A stretch of DNA of 55,818 nt from Candidatus Gottesmanbacteria bacterium (GCA_016218215.1 JACREM010000047.1:1-55818), one strand, 5' to 3'; counted from the stretch's first letter, positions 44,732-54,734 are shown. Program-made: numbers and translations. The notes: generated by a model from the sequence alone, not told the origin.

Positions 44732-45924
44732 AAAACACACTTAACTTAAAAAAGATCCAACTTACAGCCACTCAACTCTCTAACGCTACCGAGGGACAGC
44801 GTGATCTATTTTTGAAATTCTTGTCAAAGACATTAATAGAACGGCAAAGTAAGATTATAGAAGCCAATAAAAAAGACGTTAACGCCTCCAAAAAGAAAGG
44901 TCTACCCTCTGCATTTATCGAGCGATTGGTTCTTGATGAAAAGGCAATACAACTTTTGGTCTTAAAACTTGAAAATATTGCAAAGCTACAAAGTCATCTT
45001 GGCAAAGTAGTAGAAGAAAACTCTGATGAACAAGGATTAACTATTAAAAAGGTGAGAGTTCCCTTAGGAGTAATTGCGATCATTTATGAAGCCAGACCTG
45101 AAGTAACAATTGATGTTGCGGCTCTCTGTGTTAAATCTGGTAATGCCGTAATTCTCAAGGGAGGATCGGAAGCGGTTGAGACAAATAAAATCCTTTATCA
45201 CTGTATTTTGGCGGCTTTAGAGAAAGCAGGCTTTGCTAGAGAAGTGGTAAGTTTTATCTCCAGTAGTGACCGAAAAATAACTGACAACCTTCTCAAGCAA
45301 CATAAGTACATCGATTTAGTTATTGCCAGAGGTGGTTATGAATTGGCGAGAAGTGTTCTTCATAAATCAATGATTCCTGTTCTGGCTCATGCAGCAGGTG
45401 GAGCAAGAATTTACATAGATAAAAGTGCAGACACATTTCTCGCTCAAAAAATAATAATAAACGCCAAAACAAGTAAACCATCTGCCTGTAATTCAATTGA
45501 CACAATTGTCGTACATAAAGATATTGCAAACGACTTTATTTCAGACATTACCAATGCTTTGAAGAAAGCGAATGTTGAAGTTATGAGTAATGAGGATTGG
45601 GATAAAGAATTTTTGGGATTGTCTATCAACATAAAAATCGTAAAGGACATTGATGAGGCAATAAGCTTTATAAATGAACACAGCAAGAAACATTCTGAAG
45701 GCATTATTGCAACGGATAAAAATGTGATTGAGCAATTTATGAATTCAGTCGATTCTGCCGCTTTATTTGCCAACTGTTCCACGCGATTTCATGATGGATA
45801 TGTATTCGGCTTGGGATCAGAAATGGGTATCTCTACAAGCAAGCTTCACGCGCGTGGACCAGTTGGATTAAAAGAATTAATGACGTATAAATGGGAGGTA
45901 TATGGCAATGGACACATTCGATAA
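44728..45924 (+). CDS. proA: Gamma-glutamyl phosphate reductase
   Basis: VPLGVIAIIYEARP, LKGGSEA, PSACN (catalytic Cys), STRF.DG, GISTSKLHARGPVGL. Confidence 0.95.
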   Translation: MKNTLNLKKIQLTATQLSNATEGQRDLFLKFLSKTLIERQSKIIEANKKDVNASKKKGLPSAFIERLVLDEKAIQLLVLKLENIAKLQSHLGKVVEENSDEQGLTIKKVRVPLGVIAIIYEARPEVTIDVAALCVKSGNAVILKGGSEAVETNKILYHCILAALEKAGFAREVVSFISSSDRKITDNLLKQHKYIDLVIARGGYELARSVLHKSMIPVLAHAAGGARIYIDKSADTFLAQKIIINAKTSKPSACNSIDTIVVHKDIANDFISDITNALKKANVEVMSNEDWDKEFLGLSINIKIVKDIDEAISFINEHSKKHSEGIIATDKNVIEQFMNSVDSAALFANCSTRFHDGYVFGLGSEMGISTSKLHARGPVGLKELMTYKWEVYGNGHIR

Positions 45925-46741
45925 AAAAATAGCAGTCATTGGTGGAGGCCATATTGGTCAAGCTTTAGTGGAAGGCTTTATCAACAGTGGCAAAATTTAC
46001 GGTAATCAAATTATTATTTCTAACCCTTCTTTGTCAAAACTTACTCACTTGGAAAAATACGGTGTTGAACTAACTTCAGATAATAAAACTGCTGCAGAAA
46101 AGGCAGATTACGTTTTTCTGTCTGTAAAACCTCTGATAGTGGGAGTAGTCTTGAGAGAAATTAGTAGTTTATTAGAAGAGAAAATCGTTATTTCTTTAGC
46201 CGCTGTCGTCTCTATTTACAACCTGAAAAAATATGCTAAGAGAACAAATATAATCAGAGTCATGCCAAACATGGCAATTTCTTGCAATCAGGGAGTCATT
46301 GGATATTATGCAAGGGGGCATGATAAATTTCAGGTTAAGAAATTACTGTCTACTTTAGGAACTGTTATTAAAATGAAAAAGGAGGTAGATCTAGATCTTT
46401 TGACGTTACTTTCCGGATGCGGTCCTGCAATCGTCTCACAATTTATAGAATTGTTAGAAAATTACGGGATCAAAATTGGTTTATCTGCTGATGTAAGCCA
46501 AACGACGGCAACACTAACTTTTAAAGGTACGACAGCTATACTGGAACAGAAAAAACAATTACCAAGTCAGTTGATTCAGTCCGTATGTACTAAAGGAGGA
46601 ATAAGTGAAGCAATTTTAGATTCATTGAAGATGAATGGATTTCAAAGTACCTTTGACTATTCAATGGACTCAGGATTGAGTAAAATACGAGCATTGAAAG
46701 ATATGTATAATAAAAAGCAGGAGGAATATGGCAGCGATTGA
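45902..46741 (+). CDS. proC: Pyrroline-5-carboxylate reductase
   Basis: IGGGHIG, SVKP, RVMPN, SGCGPA, VCTKGG. Confidence 0.93.
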   Translation: MAMDTFDKKIAVIGGGHIGQALVEGFINSGKIYGNQIIISNPSLSKLTHLEKYGVELTSDNKTAAEKADYVFLSVKPLIVGVVLREISSLLEEKIVISLAAVVSIYNLKKYAKRTNIIRVMPNMAISCNQGVIGYYARGHDKFQVKKLLSTLGTVIKMKKEVDLDLLTLLSGCGPAIVSQFIELLENYGIKIGLSADVSQTTATLTFKGTTAILEQKKQLPSQLIQSVCTKGGISEAILDSLKMNGFQSTFDYSMDSGLSKIRALKDMYNKKQEEYGSD

Positions 46742-47063
46742 TGATTTTAATCAGTTAGATATACGGGTCGGAAAAATTATAGAAGTTAATGAGTTTCCAG
46801 AGGCGAGGAAACCGTCATATAAACTGACGATTGATTTTGGTTCTGAGATTGGCATAAAGCATTCCAGTGCCCAACTCGTGAAACATTACACAAAAGAGGA
46901 GCTACTGAATAAAAAAGTGTTGGGTGTAGTCAATTTTCCTCCACGACAGATTGGGCCTTTTATTTCCGAGTCTCTGACGCTCGGAGTGCCGGATGAAAAC
47001 CATGACTGTATATTAGTGGCGCCAGATAAAGACTTTGCTGTTATTGGCGGTAAACTGTATTAA
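46728..47063 (+). CDS. csaA: CsaA/Trbp111-like tRNA-binding OB-fold protein
   Basis: DIRVGKI, ARKPSYKL.IDFG, SSAQL, VNFPPRQIG...SE.L.LG. Confidence 0.9.
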   Translation: MAAIDDFNQLDIRVGKIIEVNEFPEARKPSYKLTIDFGSEIGIKHSSAQLVKHYTKEELLNKKVLGVVNFPPRQIGPFISESLTLGVPDENHDCILVAPDKDFAVIGGKLY

Positions 47064-47084
47064 GATAGTCTTAGGAGACAAATT

Positions 47085-48539
47085 ATGGCAAAAGTTTTTG
47101 AAAAAAAGGAACTCAAGAAAAAATCTGAAAATCTTTCCGATTGGTATACGGATGTGGTGCTCAAGGCGGAGCTTGCAGATTATGGCCCTGCAAAAGGCAC
47201 TATGGTCATACGTCCCTATGGCTACGCTATCTGGGAAAGATTACAGCATATATTAGACACCATGTTTAAAGAATATGGTGTGGTAAATGCATACTTTCCG
47301 CTTTTTATCCCATACTCATTTTTAGAGAAAGAAAAAGAACACATGAAAGGGTTTTCCCCGGAGCTTGCCATAGTAACTCATGGTGGAGGGGAAAAACTTA
47401 AAGAGCCTCTCGTGGTGCGGCCCACGTCCGAAACGATTATGTATCACATGTATGCAAAATGGATTCAAAGCTATAGAGATCTACCGGTTCTCATAAACCA
47501 ATGGAATAACGTCGTACGCTGGGAAATGCGAACCTATTTATTTTTACGAACAACAGAATTTTTATGGCAGGAAGGACATACTGCACATGAAACTGAAGTT
47601 GACGCGATAAGAATGCAGGAAGCCGCACTTGCATGGTACCAAAAAGCATATGAAGAGTATTATGCAGTTCCAGTGATAGCAGGAATAAAAAGCAATAAGG
47701 AGAAATTTGCTGGAGCGAAAACGACATATACGGTTGAAGCACTTATGCCGGATGGCAAAGCGCTTCAGGGAGCGACTTCACACAACTTAGGACAAAATTT
47801 TTCTAAAGTGTTTGACATAAAATTTCAAAATAGAAAAAGTCAGGAAGATTTTGCATGGCAAACATCATGGGGTTTTTCCACCCGAAGTCTAGGCGGATTA
47901 TTTCTTGTTCACGGAGACGATCAGGGACTCATACTGCCACCAAATATTGCGCCTATGCAGGTCATAGTGATGCCCATTCGTAAATCCGATCTTTCAAATG
48001 AACTCCTTGATGAGTATGTGCAAAATATTAAAGAAGCGCTTCTAAACGGCGGAGTGAGAGTAAAAGTGGATGCACGAGAGGAACCGAGTGTCGGTCGTAG
48101 ATTTAATGAATGGGAAGTAAAGGGAATACCAGTGAGATTTGAAATTGGTCATAAAGAGGCAGAGGACAATACGGTCACACTCGTCCGAAGAGATACAGGT
48201 GAAAAAACAGTGGTCAAACGAAGCGATATGCTTGTCACCGTCGAAAAGGTACTAAAAACTATACAGGACGATTTATTTGAGAAAGCGAAAACTTTTCGTG
48301 ATAAACATACCCATGAAGTTAGTACCTATGATGAGTTTAAAAAGATCATGGAGACATCCAGAGGGTTTATCAAAGCGTTCTGGTGCGAAAATGCCCATTG
48401 TGAAACCGCGATAAAAGAAGAAACAAAGGCCTCCACACGCTGTTTGCCGCTTGAAGATATTGATAAAAATCTTGATGGAGTTTGTGTAAAATGCGGAGCG
48501 AAAGCGATACACAAATGGCTCTTTGCACAGGCCTATTAA
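47085..48539 (+). CDS. proS: Proline--tRNA ligase (archaeal/eukaryal type)
   Basis: RPTSET, VVRWE, FLRT.EFLWQEGHT, QGATSHNLGQNF, C-terminal Zn site and terminal AY. Confidence 0.96.
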   Translation: MAKVFEKKELKKKSENLSDWYTDVVLKAELADYGPAKGTMVIRPYGYAIWERLQHILDTMFKEYGVVNAYFPLFIPYSFLEKEKEHMKGFSPELAIVTHGGGEKLKEPLVVRPTSETIMYHMYAKWIQSYRDLPVLINQWNNVVRWEMRTYLFLRTTEFLWQEGHTAHETEVDAIRMQEAALAWYQKAYEEYYAVPVIAGIKSNKEKFAGAKTTYTVEALMPDGKALQGATSHNLGQNFSKVFDIKFQNRKSQEDFAWQTSWGFSTRSLGGLFLVHGDDQGLILPPNIAPMQVIVMPIRKSDLSNELLDEYVQNIKEALLNGGVRVKVDAREEPSVGRRFNEWEVKGIPVRFEIGHKEAEDNTVTLVRRDTGEKTVVKRSDMLVTVEKVLKTIQDDLFEKAKTFRDKHTHEVSTYDEFKKIMETSRGFIKAFWCENAHCETAIKEETKASTRCLPLEDIDKNLDGVCVKCGAKAIHKWLFAQAY

Positions 48540-48548
48540 TCAAAAGAT

Positions 48549-49379
48549 ATGAAAACAATTATTGTTCACATCGGTCCTGACCTAGATGCGATAACAAGTA
48601 TCTGGCTCGTAAAAACATTTTTTCCGGGATGGATCGAAGCCTCTATAGGATTTGTGCCAGCAGGAAAAACTCTCAAAGACTTGCCGCCGGATGACAACGG
48701 AGAAATTCTTCACCTAGATACAGGTTTTGGAAGATATGATCACCATCAGACGGATGCAGATATCTGTGCGTCTACACTCGTTTACGAAGAGATAAAAAAG
48801 AATTCCGGGAAAGACCCTGCTCTTGAACGTATTGTTTCTCTTGTAAATGACGTAGATCATTTTAAAGAGGTGTATTATCCAAACCCCACAGCTGATTACT
48901 GGGAATTTTCTCTCATCGGCCAGATAGACGGATGGAGATTTTTGTATTCCGAAGATCCACAAAAAATTGTCGCCCTTGGCATGGACTGCCTTGATGCTAT
49001 ATACAAAATGTTTCAAAACAAAATATGGGCAGAAAAGGAGATCAAAGAAATCGGAAAAGAATTTGACACCAAATGGGGGAAAGCTCTTGGGATCGAGACG
49101 GTAAACGACGAAGTGGTACACCTGGCTCAAAAAATGGGATATATGGTCGTCATCCGAAAAGATCCAAATAAAGGATACATGCGCTTAAAGTCCCGGCCCG
49201 AGCCTGATATTGATCTTTCTGAGGCGTATGAAAAATTTAAAAAGGATGAACCGGACGCAACGTGGTTTCTTCATGCGAGTAAGCACATGGTCCTCAATGG
49301 CAGCGCCAAAAATCCTGACATGAAACCAACAAAAAAAAGTCTCGACGAACTCATTTCTGTCCTGAAAATTCACAGATAG
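48549..49379 (+). CDS. DHH/MYG1-like metal-dependent hydrolase
   Basis: H..PDLD, LDTG...YDHHQ, D.D, WFLHAS.HMVLNG. Confidence 0.6.
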   Translation: MKTIIVHIGPDLDAITSIWLVKTFFPGWIEASIGFVPAGKTLKDLPPDDNGEILHLDTGFGRYDHHQTDADICASTLVYEEIKKNSGKDPALERIVSLVNDVDHFKEVYYPNPTADYWEFSLIGQIDGWRFLYSEDPQKIVALGMDCLDAIYKMFQNKIWAEKEIKEIGKEFDTKWGKALGIETVNDEVVHLAQKMGYMVVIRKDPNKGYMRLKSRPEPDIDLSEAYEKFKKDEPDATWFLHASKHMVLNGSAKNPDMKPTKKSLDELISVLKIHR

Positions 49380-49463
49380 AAACTCTGTTCCAATTACGCT
49401 ATAATCATAGAAAGAAGTTCAGTGGGATCACTACTGAACGAAGGGGGGTGTTTTTTAATTTTT

Positions 49464-49655
49464 ATGGTATTTGTCAAGGCACAACCAGGAGATACAGCAG
49501 ATACTCTTATTCGTAAATTTACACGTAAAGTTCTCACAGAGGGCATATTGCAGGATCTAAAAAAGCGAGAATTCTATCAAAAGCCGGCAGAAGTTCGAAA
49601 AGAGCAGAACAAAGAACTGAAAAAACGCATCCGTCACGCAAATAAGAGCTATTAA
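49464..49655 (+). CDS. rpsU: 30S ribosomal protein S21
   Basis: LIRKF.RKV...GIL..LKKREFYQKP. Confidence 0.9.
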   Translation: MVFVKAQPGDTADTLIRKFTRKVLTEGILQDLKKREFYQKPAEVRKEQNKELKKRIRHANKSY

Positions 49656-49661
49656 TTACGT

Positions 49662-50108
49662 ATGCTACGAGAACAAATCAAAGAACAAATGCTTGCGTCT
49701 TTGAAAGACCATGATAAAGCGAAAGTAGAAACGCTCAGATTCTTGTTGGCCGGAATACAGCAAGCAGCGATAGCCAAATATGGCAATCTTTCGGATAGCA
49801 AGCTCTCAGATGCTGACGTATTGGATGTTATAAAAAAACAAGTAAAATCACATAAAGAGTCTATTTTTGCATTTAAAGAGGCCAAAAGAGCTGAGCTTGT
49901 TGAGAAGGAAACACAGGAACTTGCAATGTTAGAAGCATATCTGCCTTCTCAGATATCAGATGAGAAACTTATTGAAATGTTATCCCCAATAGTACAAAGC
50001 GGCGAGAAGAATTTTGGCCTTCTCATGAAGCTTGCTATGGAGAAAGTTGCCGGTAAGGCAGACGGATCCCGCGTTTCTCTCATATTAAAATCATTAATCC
50101 AAAAATAA
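49662..50108 (+). CDS. yqeY: GatB/YqeY domain protein
   Basis: TLRFL, KKQVK...ES...F, YLP.Q, GKADG; follows rpsU. Confidence 0.9.
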   Translation: MLREQIKEQMLASLKDHDKAKVETLRFLLAGIQQAAIAKYGNLSDSKLSDADVLDVIKKQVKSHKESIFAFKEAKRAELVEKETQELAMLEAYLPSQISDEKLIEMLSPIVQSGEKNFGLLMKLAMEKVAGKADGSRVSLILKSLIQK

Positions 50109-50115
50109 AATATTC

Positions 50116-50511
50116 ATGATTAATGTTCTCTTCCGCACAGAGTCTCACTATCCTGTCGATAGGAAAAAGATAGTAGAAAGCGTCACCCAAAGCCTTTCCA
50201 AAAAAGTAAAGAGCAAAACAGAGGTGAGTATATCTATCATTGGCGATAGGCTCATGAAAAGACTCAATAGTACGTACCGAAAAAAAGATACCACTACAGA
50301 CGTTCTCTCATTTCCGCAAAATGATCCTTCCGTACTCATGGCACCATTTGTCGATCCGCCTGACGGAATCTTATATCTTGGAGATATCCTCGTTTCGTTT
50401 CCTATGGCAGTAAAAGAAGCAGGGGAAGAAAATAAGCTAGTGGATGATACAATTGTTGAACTTGTGCTCCATGGACTGGATCATCTTTTAGGTATCCATC
50501 ACCCGGAATAG
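50116..50511 (+). CDS. ybeY: rRNA maturation endoribonuclease YbeY
   Basis: LN..YR.KD..TDVLSFP, LGDI, HGLDHLLGIHH. Confidence 0.94.
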   Translation: MINVLFRTESHYPVDRKKIVESVTQSLSKKVKSKTEVSISIIGDRLMKRLNSTYRKKDTTTDVLSFPQNDPSVLMAPFVDPPDGILYLGDILVSFPMAVKEAGEENKLVDDTIVELVLHGLDHLLGIHHPE

Positions 50512-50554
50512 CTTTATGAGCTCAACAACATGTTGAACTTTATAACTTATTACT

Positions 50555-51964
50555 ATGTCTTTTTATAGAACATATCGACCACAGACGATTGAAGAACTTG
50601 ATACAAAGGCAGTACGGGATTACGTACTCTCACTTCTTAAAAAAGACAAAAGCACACTGCCGCATGCATATGTACTCACGGGCCCAAAGGGCATAGGCAA
50701 AACGACGACCGCGCGACTCATCGCCAAGATTTTTAACTGCGTAAGGCCAATTAAATCCGGCGAACCCTGCGGAACATGCGACCAATGTACTGCTATTGCC
50801 AAAGGGCAGCACATGGATGTACTTGAGATCGACGCGGCAAGCAATACCGGTGTAGACAACATCAGAGAACTTCGCGACAGTATCAGCCTTACTCCGGGCA
50901 GCGGGGCATATAAGATATACATCATTGACGAGGTGCACATGCTTTCCACAGGAGCATTTAATGCACTCTTAAAAACGCTCGAAGAGCCTCCGGCTCACGC
51001 GATATTCATCCTCGCGACGACTGATCAGCAAAAAGTACCCGCCACCATCATTTCCCGATGCGTGAGGCTTCAATTTCAAAAAGCGGAAAAACAGGATATT
51101 CAAAGGGCTTTGGAGCGAATCATTGCAACGGAAAAAATTAGCATAGAACCGGATGCACTTTCTCTGATAGTAAATAGCGCAGATGGTTCATATCGCGATG
51201 CTGTAAAAAATTTAGAGCAATCAGCGCTTGCAGACGAAAAAATCACTCAAGAACACGTGTCAGAAACACTTTCTCTCTCAGACTCCTCCATCGTCCATGA
51301 GTATCTGGCTGCAGTAAAGGAAAAAAATGCACCAAAGGGACTCAAAATTTTAAACGATCTTCAAATTTCAGGAACAGATATAAAAATATTTATCTCTTCG
51401 TGCCTTTCGTATCTGGAAATCGAGTTTGTGCATCAAGCGTTGAACAAAACAAATACTCTCGAACTTACCCAAATCATCAACACGCTTATAAGCGCGTATG
51501 GAAACTTACGCATAAGTCCCATACCATTATTGCCTCTTGAAATTGCAACGATAGAAATCTGCAATCTCCCTACTACACCAGTCTTACCGACAAAAAACAC
51601 GCCGCCTCACACTCCATCGGTCTTAAAAGAAAAAGCAACCGCACCCAAAGAGGCAGAATCTCAGAAGAATGAATCTGAACAACATATTAAATCTGAAGAA
51701 AACGATCTTCTGACAATAGACACATTCAGCGAATGTTGGAAAGATTTTATAGAAGCCATGAAAGAGTATAATCATTCAATTAGCGGAGTATTGCGCTCAA
51801 CTCGGCCCAAGAGTGTAACTAAAGACACTGTCGTCATAGAGGCTTTTTATCCGTTTCATAAAGAAAAATTGTCCGTAGCACCCGTGCGAGAAGCACTTGC
51901 GCTTACCATAAAAAAATTGTTTGGAACCAAGGTCAACGTTGAGATTGTTCTCGGAAAAAAGTAA
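50555..51964 (+). CDS. dnaX: DNA polymerase III subunit gamma/tau
   Basis: YRPQ, GPKGIGKTT, CGTCDQC, EIDAASNTGVD, DEVHMLS, SRC. Confidence 0.96.
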   Translation: MSFYRTYRPQTIEELDTKAVRDYVLSLLKKDKSTLPHAYVLTGPKGIGKTTTARLIAKIFNCVRPIKSGEPCGTCDQCTAIAKGQHMDVLEIDAASNTGVDNIRELRDSISLTPGSGAYKIYIIDEVHMLSTGAFNALLKTLEEPPAHAIFILATTDQQKVPATIISRCVRLQFQKAEKQDIQRALERIIATEKISIEPDALSLIVNSADGSYRDAVKNLEQSALADEKITQEHVSETLSLSDSSIVHEYLAAVKEKNAPKGLKILNDLQISGTDIKIFISSCLSYLEIEFVHQALNKTNTLELTQIINTLISAYGNLRISPIPLLPLEIATIEICNLPTTPVLPTKNTPPHTPSVLKEKATAPKEAESQKNESEQHIKSEENDLLTIDTFSECWKDFIEAMKEYNHSISGVLRSTRPKSVTKDTVVIEAFYPFHKEKLSVAPVREALALTIKKLFGTKVNVEIVLGKK

Positions 51965-52019
51965 AATATACAAATTACAAATATACAAATTCACAATATT
52001 TAAACAAAGGAGTAATACT

Positions 52020-52292
52020 ATGATGAACCCATTTAAAATGCTTGGAGATATGAATGAGATGAGAAAGCAGGCAGGAACCATACAAAAAGCACTCGAAGAA
52101 CAGGTGTTTGATGTAGCATACGGAACCGTAAAAATAAAAATTACCGGAAATCAAAACGTCTTAAGCGTTACGGAAAATGGCGTTGAACGAAATGACATCC
52201 GTACTGCTATAAATGATGCTATCAAAAAATCCCAGCAGGCAGCAGCAGGAAAACTCATGGAACTTTCCAAAAGCATGGGACAGGGACAGTAA
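52020..52292 (+). CDS. ybaB: YbaB/EbfC nucleoid-associated protein
   Basis: Follows dnaX; KQA..IQ..L, VKIKITG, A.NDA.KK; AAAGGAG RBS. Confidence 0.85.
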   Translation: MMNPFKMLGDMNEMRKQAGTIQKALEEQVFDVAYGTVKIKITGNQNVLSVTENGVERNDIRTAINDAIKKSQQAAAGKLMELSKSMGQGQ

Positions 52293-52327
52293 TAGTTTAA
52301 TGAAAAGTGAAAAATTGACTCAATACA

Positions 52328-53281
52328 ATGAACATATTAGTTACTGGAACGCTGGGATATGACTACATCATGGACTTTGACGGGCTCTTCGCCGAGAGAA
52401 TCATGCCGGAGCGTGTTCATAATCTGTCGTTAAGCTTCCTCGTAGATTCACTTTCAAAACAGCGCGGCGGAACAGCAGGAAACATAGCATACTCTCTTCA
52501 TCTTCTCAAGCTTTCACCGTTACTGCTTTCATCTGCGGGCAATGACTTCGGACCATATTTTAAGGAAATAAAACAACTTCGAATGAATACCAAAGGGATA
52601 TCTTTACATAGAGATGTCTCAACTGGATCGTACTTTGTCGTTACAGACAAAGCAGACAATCAGATAGGTTCGTTTTATATCGGTGCTTCAAAATACAACA
52701 AAGATATTTCTTTTTTACCATATATTCAAAAAAAATATCCAAACGATTCGTTTGCCATTATTTCGCCAAACATCCCTGATGCAATGAAAAAATATGTCAG
52801 AGAGTGTCTTACACTCAAAATCCCCTATATGTACGACCCGGCGTTTCAGATTGGAAGCATTGAACCTGATGAATTAAAAAAGGGGATAACTGGAGCTACT
52901 ATCGTCATAGCAAATGACTACGAAATAGGACTCATGCAGGATCGCCTTGAGATGACCCACGAAGAACTTATTGCCGAGGCAGGCATACTCATTACTACCC
53001 TTGGAAGTCGCGGATCGATCATCGAAACCATGAAAGATGCAATTCATATAAAGCCTGCAAAACCGAAGGAAATTCTTGACCCCACCGGAGCAGGAGATGC
53101 CTACAGAGCCGGATTTATCACAGGATTTCTAAAAAAATTTGATCTACCTACTTGCGGTCAGATGGGTTCTGTCACAGCCGCATATACGGTTGAAGCGTAT
53201 GGTACTCAAACACATGTGTTTACCGTAAAGGATTTTTGTTTGAGGTATGAAGAAAATTTTTATGACTCATTATTACTCTAA
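52328..53281 (+). CDS. PfkB-family kinase, probable adenosine/nucleoside kinase
   Basis: GTLGYDYIM.F.G.F, SLSFLV, GGTAGNIAY, NDYE, DPTGAGDAYRAG; adjacent to ahcY. Confidence 0.85.
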   Translation: MNILVTGTLGYDYIMDFDGLFAERIMPERVHNLSLSFLVDSLSKQRGGTAGNIAYSLHLLKLSPLLLSSAGNDFGPYFKEIKQLRMNTKGISLHRDVSTGSYFVVTDKADNQIGSFYIGASKYNKDISFLPYIQKKYPNDSFAIISPNIPDAMKKYVRECLTLKIPYMYDPAFQIGSIEPDELKKGITGATIVIANDYEIGLMQDRLEMTHEELIAEAGILITTLGSRGSIIETMKDAIHIKPAKPKEILDPTGAGDAYRAGFITGFLKKFDLPTCGQMGSVTAAYTVEAYGTQTHVFTVKDFCLRYEENFYDSLLL

Positions 53282-53299
53282 AAACACGTGTTATACTCG

Positions 53300-53382
53300 T
53301 GATTCACTGCTTCTGGTGCATTTAGTGCCCTATAATTGTTCTATAATTGATGAAATCCGGAGGAATGCACAGAGGATAATCG
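53300..53382 (+). ncRNA. Candidate structured RNA upstream of ahcY (unassigned)
   Basis: TGnTATACT at 53289-53297, then long-range stem CTTCT-G-GTGCATTT / GAATGCAC-AGAGG. Confidence 0.35.
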
Positions 53383-53465
53383 TACAAAAAACTCCTTGAC
53401 TCATAGTTCTCTAGGGTATACAAAGGGTGGGTAACAAAAATGAATAGAAGAAAGGAATACATCGT

Positions 53466-54734
53466 ATGAGTAAATACTTAAAACACAACGTGAAGGATCT
53501 GAATCTTTCAAAAGATGGTAAGCTTAAAATAGAATGGGCAGATCAGAACATGCCCGTACTAAAACAAATTCGCGAAGAATTTGCCAAAAATAAGCCGCTC
53601 AAAGGCATATCTATCGGCGCATGTCTTCATGTTACAAGCGAAACTGCCAATCTTATGCTCACATACAAAGCCGGCGGAGCTGATGTATCGCTTTGTGCAA
53701 GTAATCCTCTCTCAACACAGGACAGTGTCGCCGCATCTCTTGTTTCGGATTATGGCATACCTGTCTTTGCGATACATGGTGAAGATAAAAAAACATATTA
53801 CAAACATCTAAACAATGTTTTAGACTTTCGGCCCATGCTTACCGCCGACGACGGAGCGGATCTTGTAGCACTTCTTCATACCGAGAGAACACAACAACTC
53901 AGCGGTATGCTTGGAAGCGCGGAAGAAACTACAACCGGCGTCATACGCCTAAAGGCCATGGCTCGAGACGGAGCGTTAAGGCTTCCGGTACTCGCAGTAA
54001 ACGATAGCGATACAAAACACATGTTTGACAACAGATACGGTACTGGACAATCGACGGTAGACGGAATCGTTCGCGCAACCAATATCTTACTTGCAGGCAA
54101 AAGAGCGGTAGTGTGCGGATACGGATGGTGCGGCAGGGGCATAGCATCAAGGCTTCGGGGTCTTGGAGCCATTGTCACAGTAACAGAAGTTGATAGCGTC
54201 AAGGCCCTGGAAGCCGCAATGGATGGTTTTAGCGTCGATCAGATCTCGCGGGCAGTTCGATATGCTGATCTTATTATTACCGCAACCGGAGACAAAGAGG
54301 TGGTAAATATCGGCAGCATGAAAAAAATGAAGGAAGGCGCAATTATTGCAAATTCTGGTCATTTTAACGTGGAATTTGACTACGATGGGATGGTAAAATT
54401 TGCAAAGGCACGACGCACACTTCGAAATTCTCTCGAAGAGCTTACTCTTCCCGGCGGGAAACGAATTTATGCTCTGGCTGAGGGAAGGCTGGTCAACCTT
54501 GCGGCGGCGGAAGGACACCCAGCTGCAGTCATGGACATGAGTTTTGCAAATCAGGCTCTGGGTGCGGCATGGTTTTGCCACATGAAAGGAAAACTCAGGA
54601 CAAAAGTATACGTATTGCCAAAAGCGATAGATCAACGTGTAGCAAGACTCAAACTCAAGGCCATGAACATGCGCTTTGACAGATTAACCAAAGCGCAAAG
54701 GAAGTATCTTCATAGCTGGGAAGAAGGCACGTAA
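53466..54734 (+). CDS. ahcY: S-adenosylhomocysteine hydrolase
   Basis: CLHVT.ETA, SNPLSTQD, DDGAD, EETTTG, KHMFDNRYGTGQS, GYGWCGRG, GRLVNL.AAEGHP. Confidence 0.97.
   Translation: MSKYLKHNVKDLNLSKDGKLKIEWADQNMPVLKQIREEFAKNKPLKGISIGACLHVTSETANLMLTYKAGGADVSLCASNPLSTQDSVAASLVSDYGIPVFAIHGEDKKTYYKHLNNVLDFRPMLTADDGADLVALLHTERTQQLSGMLGSAEETTTGVIRLKAMARDGALRLPVLAVNDSDTKHMFDNRYGTGQSTVDGIVRATNILLAGKRAVVCGYGWCGRGIASRLRGLGAIVTVTEVDSVKALEAAMDGFSVDQISRAVRYADLIITATGDKEVVNIGSMKKMKEGAIIANSGHFNVEFDYDGMVKFAKARRTLRNSLEELTLPGGKRIYALAEGRLVNLAAAEGHPAAVMDMSFANQALGAAWFCHMKGKLRTKVYVLPKAIDQRVARLKLKAMNMRFDRLTKAQRKYLHSWEEGT

Noticed and set aside
50519-50554. Small hairpin TCAACA-ACA-TGTTGA and weak period-7 run before dnaX; similar weak run at 52299-52327
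   Set aside because: Too short and degenerate to separate from AT-rich background
51955-52023. A-AAA-AAG slippery heptamer at the end of dnaX, suggesting a dnaX-ybaB frameshift fusion
   Set aside because: A -1 slip enters a frame that stops at TGA 52021-52023; ybaB is in the +1 frame and has its own RBS; no stimulatory hairpin is evident
53352-53370. TCCGGAGGAATGCA resembling SRP RNA domain IV, and TTGATGA resembling a hammerhead core
   Set aside because: Lacks the CAGG symmetric loop and GGAA tetraloop and is off-centre in the helix; no CUGAnGA/GAAA pair in the right arrangement
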